Source: Candidatus Omnitrophota bacterium
GTDB lineage: Bacteria; Omnitrophota; Gorgyraeia; Zapsychrales; Fredricksoniimonadaceae
Assembly: GCA_028865345.1 (NCBI GenBank)
Contig: JAGWKL010000005.1
Coordinates: forward strand, 21,577-85,576
DNA length: 64,000 nucleotides
Direction: 5' to 3'
Part shown: positions 57,884 to 64,000 of the stretch, in pieces
How the letters are laid out: each line of letters begins with the position of its first letter
Position numbering within the stretch: position 1 is the first letter of the stretch
The notes under the pieces: generated by a model
Told to the model about the DNA's origin: nothing
Databases searched by the model: none
Seen by the model: the letters and a program-made list of their open reading frames with translations, nothing else
Made by a program: the position numbers and the translations under genes

Positions 57884-59043
57884 AGAAAGTCGTTTTGGCA
57901 TACTCCGGCGGCCTTGATACCAGCTGCCTGATCCGTTGGCTGAAGGACAAGGGTTACGAGGTCATTGCTTTCATGGCGGATGTGGGGCAGGGGAGCGATT
58001 TTAAGAAAATCGAAAAACGCGCCCTTGCCACCGGCGCTTCCAAGGTGTATATCCTTGATCTCAAGAAAGAGTTCGTCAAAGATTACGTTTTTCCTGCGAT
58101 CAAGGCCAATGCGGTTTATGAGGGTAAATACTTCTTGGCCACTGCCTTGTCAAGGCCGCTTATTGCCAAACACCAGGTGCTGGTGGCTAAAAAAGAAAAA
58201 GCGACGGCCATTGCCCATGGTTCTACCGGTAAAGGCAATGATCAGGTGCGTTTTGAAGTGACCGCCAAAATTTTAGCGCCGCATTTGGAGATCCTGGCGC
58301 CTCTGCGCACATGGGAATTCAAGACCCGCGAGCAGGAAATCGAGTACGCGCACAAATATAAAATTCCGATTGATGTCACTAAAAAGAGTCCCTATTCGGT
58401 CGATATCAATCTTTACGGGCGTTCCATCGAGTGCGGCGTTCTGGAAGATCCGTGGGTTGAGCCGCCGGAAGAAATTTATGCGCTGACCAAAAACCCGCTT
58501 CAATGCCCCAACCGCCCGGAATATGTGGAGATTCAATTTTCCAAAGGCGCGGCCGTAGCGGTCAACGGTAAAATCTGCCCCCCTGTGGAGTTGGTCCTGA
58601 AGCTCAACACGATCGGCGGACGCAACGGCGTGGGGCGCGTGGACATGGTGGAGAACCGTTTGGTGGGCATCAAGTCCCGCGAGATCTACGAAAATCCCGC
58701 AGGCACCCTTTTGATCACCGCCCATAAAGAGCTTGAAGCCATGGTGCTTGACCGCGAGACCTTGCATTATAAAGAGTTGATTTCTCCCCGCTATGCCGAA
58801 CTGGCCTATTACGGGTTGTGGGAAACTCCGTTAAAGGCACAGATGGATGCGTTTATTGATAAGACCCAGGAACGTGTCAGCGGTACCGTAAGGCTGAAAT
58901 TGTTTAAAGGGAGTTGTAATGTCGTAGGGCGTAAATCGCCGTTTTCACGCTATAAGGAAGAACTGGCCACCTACGGCGACAAAGACATTTTTGACCCCAA
59001 ACTTTCCGAAGGCTTTATCCGGATCTGGGGCATGCCATATTAA
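57880..59043 (+). CDS. argG: Argininosuccinate synthase.
   Basis: Motif AYSGGLDTS and full-length ArgG similarity. Confidence 0.93.
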   Translation: MKKVVLAYSGGLDTSCLIRWLKDKGYEVIAFMADVGQGSDFKKIEKRALATGASKVYILDLKKEFVKDYVFPAIKANAVYEGKYFLATALSRPLIAKHQVLVAKKEKATAIAHGSTGKGNDQVRFEVTAKILAPHLEILAPLRTWEFKTREQEIEYAHKYKIPIDVTKKSPYSVDINLYGRSIECGVLEDPWVEPPEEIYALTKNPLQCPNRPEYVEIQFSKGAAVAVNGKICPPVELVLKLNTIGGRNGVGRVDMVENRLVGIKSREIYENPAGTLLITAHKELEAMVLDRETLHYKELISPRYAELAYYGLWETPLKAQMDAFIDKTQERVSGTVRLKLFKGSCNVVGRKSPFSRYKEELATYGDKDIFDPKLSEGFIRIWGMPY

Positions 59044-59056
59044 GGGGTACGACCAA

Positions 59057-59398
59057 TTGAGTATTAAGGTTTTCAAAACAAAGATATCCAAACTTGATCT
59101 CGAAGAACTTGCCAAAACCTATGGTGATATGATTAAAGGGGTTGTTGATATCGGCCAAAAGATGGCGGCTTTAGGCGGTGAGCTTCACGCCGATTGCGAA
59201 GAGGTCCTTCTTGAGCAAGGTTGTAAGCAGGCTGATTTATGGGGATTTAATATTTATCCTAATAAGAAAACGGAAGAACGGCTTGAATACACGTCGTTTA
59301 TTAATATCCGTCCTAAACAGGGTAATTTTCAGATGGAAGTTAAGGACGAAAAAATCCGGCGACAGATAAAAGCAGTGGTTGATCATTTGATTGATTAG
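59057..59398 (+). CDS. Hypothetical protein (about 113 aa) inserted between argG and argH.
   Basis: Open frame from a TTG at 59057 behind SD AAGGGG. The next in-frame ATG is at 59125. No recognisable family. Confidence 0.4.
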   Translation: MSIKVFKTKISKLDLEELAKTYGDMIKGVVDIGQKMAALGGELHADCEEVLLEQGCKQADLWGFNIYPNKKTEERLEYTSFINIRPKQGNFQMEVKDEKIRRQIKAVVDHLID

Positions 59399-59399
59399 C

Positions 59400-59720
59400 A
59401 TGATCACTAACGAGCGTTGGTCGAAACTATCTTTGTTTGAACAAATGGGGCATATCGGTTCCGAGGTGTCCCGTGCGCGTCTTTGGCAGGAGCGCAACGA
59501 TACAACCTCTTGCAATCGGTGTATAGAGAGGGCCTTTGAATTGGTCGATTTGACCATCGCCGATCATCGTTGGCGAGAACGTTTAAAAGAAATTTGCCGG
59601 TTTCGTGAAGTTTTGGCTGACCAGTATGCCGCCGGCCATGTGTATCAAGTGTCATTGAATGAGTTGGAGCGTTACTGTATGGATTTTGCGCTGGCTGCAA
59701 AGAAACCTAAAGGGGATTAA
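59400..59720 (+). CDS. Hypothetical protein (about 106 aa) inserted between argG and argH.
   Basis: Its ATG lies 1 nt after the preceding stop. The ORF ends 2 nt before argH. The protein is Arg/Glu-rich and helical, with no recognisable family. Confidence 0.45.
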   Translation: MITNERWSKLSLFEQMGHIGSEVSRARLWQERNDTTSCNRCIERAFELVDLTIADHRWRERLKEICRFREVLADQYAAGHVYQVSLNELERYCMDFALAAKKPKGD

Positions 59721-59722
59721 AT

Positions 59723-61099
59723 ATGAGCAAGCTCTGGGGGGCGCGGTTTGACAAGAAATCCGATCCGCTGGCTGATCTCTTCACCTTCAGCATCAGCTAT
59801 GACCATCGTTTGGCCCGATACGACGTGATCGGCTCCATCGCCCATGCCCGGATGCTGGCCAAGCAAAGGATCATTCCTCAATCTGACGCCGCCAGGATCA
59901 TCGCCGGACTTAAGAAAATCCTTAAGCAGATCAAGGATGGCCGGTTCAAATTCGATCCCCAGGCTGAAGACATCCATACGGACATCCAAAACCGCCTGAA
60001 GGGCCTCGCCGGTGCTGCTGCGGAAAAATTGCATACGGCCCGCTCCCGCAATGACCAGGTGGTTTTGGATATGAAGCTTTATTGCCGCCATGAGGCCGCA
60101 CAATTAATGGCGTCGGTAAAATTTTTGCAAAAGGAGATTTTGGGTTTTGCCGGCAGGAATAAAGATGTCATTATCCCGGCCTATACGCATCTGCAGGCGG
60201 CCCAGGTGGTGTTGTTGGCGCACCATATGTTGGCCTACATCGAAATGCTTGAACGCGATCGCACCAGGCTTGTGGATGCCGCCCAACGCTGCGACACCAT
60301 GCCTCTGGGGTCTTGCGCTTTGTCAGGCACGTCGTTAAAAACGGATCGCGCCTATCTTGCGAAATTGTTAGGATTCAGCCGGGTCGCGGCCAACAGCATG
60401 GATGTTGTCTCCGACAGAGATTTCATCGTTGAGATGATCGGCGCCTGCGCCATGATTGCGACGCACCTTTCCCGCATCGCCGAGGATTTGATCTTATGGG
60501 CTTCCAGGGAGTTCGATCTCGTTGATATTGACGGCGGTTTCTGCACCGGTTCGTCGATCATGCCGCACAAGAAAAATCCGGATGTGCTGGAGTTGATCAG
60601 GGGCAGTTCTTCCAAGGTCATCGGGCGCTTGGCCGAGATCCATGTGCTGTTAAAAGGCCTGCCGTTGACCTACAACCGTGACCTGCAGTTGGATAAACCG
60701 GCCCTGTTCGAAAGCGTCGACACTGCTCAATTTATGCTGTTGGTTTTGAGCCGGGTTTTTGCCACGTTGAAATTAAAGAAGGAGAATGCCGCTCAACGAG
60801 TTTTGGACGAGAGTTTTTTCACGGTGGATGCGATGGATTATTTGGTTAAAAAGGGGGTTTCTTATCGCCAGGCGCATGACATCTTAGGCCGTATGGTCAG
60901 GGATTGCCTGGATCACGGCAAGCCTATCTCTTCGCTGAGCACAGACGAGCTGATCCGGTATTCACCGCTGCTGGAAGGGGACGTGAAAAAACTTTTCAAT
61001 CCCCGGATGTCTGTTAAAATTAAATCTTCTTCGGGCTCGACAAATCCCGGGTTTGTCGGCCGACAACTTAAAACATGGGGCAAGAAGCTGCATGCATGA
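59723..61099 (+). CDS. argH: Argininosuccinate lyase.
   Basis: Fumarate-lyase family signature GSSIMPHKKNP. Confidence 0.93.
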   Translation: MSKLWGARFDKKSDPLADLFTFSISYDHRLARYDVIGSIAHARMLAKQRIIPQSDAARIIAGLKKILKQIKDGRFKFDPQAEDIHTDIQNRLKGLAGAAAEKLHTARSRNDQVVLDMKLYCRHEAAQLMASVKFLQKEILGFAGRNKDVIIPAYTHLQAAQVVLLAHHMLAYIEMLERDRTRLVDAAQRCDTMPLGSCALSGTSLKTDRAYLAKLLGFSRVAANSMDVVSDRDFIVEMIGACAMIATHLSRIAEDLILWASREFDLVDIDGGFCTGSSIMPHKKNPDVLELIRGSSSKVIGRLAEIHVLLKGLPLTYNRDLQLDKPALFESVDTAQFMLLVLSRVFATLKLKKENAAQRVLDESFFTVDAMDYLVKKGVSYRQAHDILGRMVRDCLDHGKPISSLSTDELIRYSPLLEGDVKKLFNPRMSVKIKSSSGSTNPGFVGRQLKTWGKKLHA

Positions 61100-62342
61100 T
61101 TTTCATTTTAAAAACGGCGAACTTTGCTGCGAGAACGCGAAGGTCTCGGCCATCGCCCAACGCGTGGGGACCCCGTTTTATCTTTACAGCTATAAGACGC
61201 TGACCGACCATTTTTTAAAGATCCAGAGGGCCTTTGCCCCGCTTGATCCGCTCATCTGCTTTGCCATGAAATCCAACGGTAACTTGAGCGTGGTCAAAAG
61301 TCTGGTGGAGTTGGGCGCCGGCATCGATATTGTTTCCATCGGCGAATTGGGCAAGGCGCTCCTGGCCGGGGCAGACCCTCAAAAGATCGTGTTTGCCTCT
61401 GTCGGCAAGACCGAAGAAGAGATTGCCTTTGCCATTGAGACAGGCATTTTATTGTTTAATGTGGAGTCCGAGCCTGAATTGGCACAGATCAACCTCATTG
61501 CTGCCAAAATGAAGAGGCGGGTGCAGGCGGCCTTGAGGATCAACCCTGATGTCCCGGCGCCGACGCACGAGTACACCAACACCGGTTCGTTAAAAAAGAA
61601 ATTCGGCATCGATCTCGGTACCGCCCGCCGGATCTTCAGGACACAGGCTCAATATAGTCATGTGAAGATCAACGGTGTGCATATCCATATCGGGTCGCAG
61701 ATCATTGGACCCAGGCCTTTTGTGGGCGCCATCAAAAAAGTGGCCGATTTTATCGATGGTCTGCGTGCTGAAGGGATCACCATCGAATATTTGGACATCG
61801 GCGGAGGGTTGGGTATTATTTATAAAGATGAGAACCCCCAGACCGCTCAGCAGTACGCGGACAAGGTGGTCCCTATTTTAGAGAAAACGGGGTTAAAAAT
61901 CATCATGGAGCCCGGCCGTTTTATCGTCGGCAACGCAGGCATCTTTGTCACCAAGGTTTTGTATGTTAAGGACAACGGTCTCAAGAAATTCGTGATTGTC
62001 GATGGGGGCATGAATGACTTGATCAGGCCGATGCTTTATGATGCCTATCATGAGATCGTGCCCGTGGCGCAAACGCGGGGAGTTCCACAAAAATGCGATG
62101 TGGTGGGCCCGATTTGCGAAAGCGGCGATTTTTTTGCCCATGACCGTCTATTGCCCAGGGTCAAGAAAAATGACCTCCTGGCCGTGATGAGCGCGGGGGC
62201 CTACGGGTATGTCATGTCCAGCAATTATAATGTGCGTCCGCGGGTGGCGGAGGTCATGGTAAGGTCAAGCAAGTTCAAGATCGTCAAGGAGCGCGAAACT
62301 TTTAAAGATTTGGTGCGCGGGGAGAAGATCATTTCATGGTAA
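61092..62342 (+). CDS. lysA: Diaminopimelate decarboxylase.
   Basis: Orn/DAP/Arg decarboxylase fold (PLP Lys in FAMKSN; EPGR; CESGD). The ATG at 61092 overlaps the argH end. The ORF track's 61053 start is too long. Confidence 0.9.
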   Translation: MHDFHFKNGELCCENAKVSAIAQRVGTPFYLYSYKTLTDHFLKIQRAFAPLDPLICFAMKSNGNLSVVKSLVELGAGIDIVSIGELGKALLAGADPQKIVFASVGKTEEEIAFAIETGILLFNVESEPELAQINLIAAKMKRRVQAALRINPDVPAPTHEYTNTGSLKKKFGIDLGTARRIFRTQAQYSHVKINGVHIHIGSQIIGPRPFVGAIKKVADFIDGLRAEGITIEYLDIGGGLGIIYKDENPQTAQQYADKVVPILEKTGLKIIMEPGRFIVGNAGIFVTKVLYVKDNGLKKFVIVDGGMNDLIRPMLYDAYHEIVPVAQTRGVPQKCDVVGPICESGDFFAHDRLLPRVKKNDLLAVMSAGAYGYVMSSNYNVRPRVAEVMVRSSKFKIVKERETFKDLVRGEKIISW

Positions 62343-63166
62343 ACGTCCCATTCGTCAAAATGGTCGGCGCGGGCAATGATTTTATCATTATTGATGCGCA
62401 CAAGAATTTTGATTACGCCGCTTTTGCCAAGTCTGTGTGCGCACGACAGAACGGCATCGGCGCCGACGGGGTCCTGATATTGGATAAATCCGCGCGATCC
62501 GATTACCGGATGCGCATCATCAATGCCGACGGCTCGGAAGCGGAGATGTGCGGCAACGGGGCGCGCTGCATGGCCGTCTATATTGCCGGCCATAAAAATC
62601 CGGTCAAGGCCCTATTCGGCATGGAAACCCTGGCCGGCGAGATTCTGGCTGAAGTTCAGGGCGAAACGGCCCGGGTGCGCCTGTCCAACCCCAAAGATTA
62701 CATGCCGGATTTGAACATCACCGTGGCCAAACAGAAATTGCAGGTGCACTACATCGATACCGGCGTGCCGCACACGGTGCTTTTTGTCGACGGTCTGCAG
62801 GAAGTGAACGCCGGCAGCATAGGGGCCTTGATCCGCAACCACCCGCGCTTTGCGCCGCGGGGCGCCAATGTTAATTTTGTCGAACGTGCGCGGGAGGGGA
62901 TGGTGGCGGTGCGCACCTACGAACGTGGGGTCGAGGCGGAAACCCTGGCCTGCGGTACCGGCGCCGTCGCCTCCGCGCTTGTCGCTTATCTTCACGCCCA
63001 TCCCAAGGTCAAGAAATTCAAAGGCGCCTCCATGAGGGTAGTGACGGCAAGCAAGGAAATCCTGGAAATCACCTTTGATCTGGACGAGGGGTATAAAATA
63101 GATAACGTATGGCTTAAAGGTTCGGCGAAACTGATCGCCAAAGGAGAGTATTTTTATAATGGATAG
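62336..63166 (+). CDS. dapF: Diaminopimelate epimerase.
   Basis: F.KM.G.GNDF N-terminus and the two active-site Cys (MCGNGARC, CGTGAVAS). Confidence 0.9.
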   Translation: MVNVPFVKMVGAGNDFIIIDAHKNFDYAAFAKSVCARQNGIGADGVLILDKSARSDYRMRIINADGSEAEMCGNGARCMAVYIAGHKNPVKALFGMETLAGEILAEVQGETARVRLSNPKDYMPDLNITVAKQKLQVHYIDTGVPHTVLFVDGLQEVNAGSIGALIRNHPRFAPRGANVNFVERAREGMVAVRTYERGVEAETLACGTGAVASALVAYLHAHPKVKKFKGASMRVVTASKEILEITFDLDEGYKIDNVWLKGSAKLIAKGEYFYNG

Positions 63167-64000
63167 AAAAAGGTTCCACGGCGCTTTTACAGCGTTGATC
63201 ACTCCATTTACGCCCGATGGTATTGATGAGACCGCCTATAAAAAATTGATCGAATGGCAGATTGCGCGGGGCATTCACGGCCTCGTGCCTTGCGGCACCA
63301 CCGGAGAGACCCCTACCATGACCGAAGAGGAACATTTAAGGGCCATGGAGATCTGCGTCCAAACGGCAGCCAAAAGGGTGCCGGTCATAGCGGGCACCGG
63401 TTCCAATTGCACCCGTGAAGCGGTCAACATGACCAGGCACGCTGCCACCATCGGAGCGGACGCGGCCCTGGTCGTCACACCTTATTATAATAAACCTACG
63501 GCCAAAGGCATTTATTTGCATTATAAGGCGATCACTGAAAGCGCGGATATCCCCATTATCCTTTACAACATTGCCGGCCGCACCGGCCGCAACATTGAAC
63601 CGGATCTAATGGCCGAACTGGCGGGGATCAAAAACATTATCGGCGTCAAGGAAGCTTCCGGTAATCCGGAGCAGATGAAAAAGATCCGTGAAGTCTGCCC
63701 CAAGGATTTCTTGTTGATTTCCGGGGACGATGCCATGACCCTGCCGATTTTAAAAATGGGCGGGGTGGGCATTATTTCGGTGGCTTCCAATATTGTGCCC
63801 GGGGATGTGGTGGAGCTGGTCAATGCTTTTAATGCCGGCAACAGGGACAGGGCGGCGGCCGTCAATGCCAAATTATTGCCCTTGATAGAGGCGCTGTTTA
63901 TAGAAACGAATCCCGTCCCGGTCAAAACAGCGGCTGCCCTGATGGGGTTGTGTTCGGACACCATGCGCCTGCCGATGTGCGCCATGGAAGGGACGAATCT
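63159..64000 (+). CDS. dapA: 4-hydroxy-tetrahydrodipicolinate synthase; its 3' end lies beyond the window.
   Basis: DapA motifs (GTTGE; Y..P; K in IGVKEASG). There is no stop before position 64000. Confidence 0.88.
   Translation, partial: MDRKRFHGAFTALITPFTPDGIDETAYKKLIEWQIARGIHGLVPCGTTGETPTMTEEEHLRAMEICVQTAAKRVPVIAGTGSNCTREAVNMTRHAATIGADAALVVTPYYNKPTAKGIYLHYKAITESADIPIILYNIAGRTGRNIEPDLMAELAGIKNIIGVKEASGNPEQMKKIREVCPKDFLLISGDDAMTLPILKMGGVGIISVASNIVPGDVVELVNAFNAGNRDRAAAVNAKLLPLIEALFIETNPVPVKTAAALMGLCSDTMRLPMCAMEGTN

Noticed and set aside
1-64000. I looked for rRNA, tRNA, CRISPR arrays, transposases and integrases.
   Set aside because: I found no cloverleaf-like tRNA candidates and no regularly spaced direct repeats. 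No DDE or tyrosine-recombinase ORFs are present. The only repeated sequences are the short linker modules and the palindromes described above.

Overview
The window is about 64 kb of a bacterial chromosome at roughly 55% GC, carrying densely packed housekeeping operons, most on the + strand. I found no rRNA, tRNA, CRISPR array or IS/transposase.

Gene order, 5' to 3':
- a 5'-truncated GST, a NUDIX hydrolase, a dicarboxylate/amino-acid symporter, an L,D-transpeptidase lipoprotein and ElbB;
- an OmpR-type response regulator, a sensor kinase and a small secreted protein;
- leuC-leuD-ilvD-aroC behind a perfect TTGACA-N17-TATAAT promoter;
- an SDR, a thioredoxin-like [2Fe-2S] protein, a TPR protein and a flavin-reductase-like protein;
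- a 617-aa acyl-CoA dehydrogenase, an NTE-like cNMP-binding patatin lipase, and a 2085-aa protein with a signal peptide and pyruvate-phosphate-dikinase/PEP-synthase-type domains, preceded by a 224-bp AT-rich region;
- nfu, a pterin-4a-carbinolamine dehydratase, an Rrf2 regulator, sufB-sufC-sufD-sufS-sufU and moaA;
- a GT39/ArnT-like glycosyltransferase, then murB, moaE, a [2Fe-2S] ferredoxin and ispH on the - strand, divergent from ispG;
- an M42 peptidase, bcp (-), a membrane GAF-GGDEF protein, a glyoxalase (-) and a PHP histidinol-phosphatase (-);
- folE, an SDR (likely pteridine reductase), folB, fabG, acpP, fabF, leuB-like, asd, a metallophosphoesterase and truA;
- rplM-rpsI with a promoter and a rho-independent terminator;
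- argC-argJ-argB-argD-argF-argG, two small unknown ORFs, argH-lysA-dapF-dapA (3'-truncated).

The most unusual signal is a recurring start-duplication module at three gene junctions (ilvD/aroC, aroC/SDR, argC/argJ), with a possible degenerate fourth at folE. A short upstream ORF begins right after the upstream gene's stop. It re-encodes the first 6-24 codons of the downstream gene, then runs through a conserved ~35-40-nt linker (AATATTCCCTGTTCCTTCGA..GG(A)AGG..), which translates to a shared peptide tail N-I-P-C-x-F-E/D-..-R-G. It stops overlapping the genuine start codon. At aroC the two copies of the 5' end differ almost only at synonymous third positions.

Other points worth follow-up are the giant PEP-utilising-like secreted or anchored protein with a possible second degenerate module, a ~300-nt intergenic region with two long imperfect palindromes, two unknown ORFs inserted in the arg operon, and a PCD gene embedded in the suf cluster.
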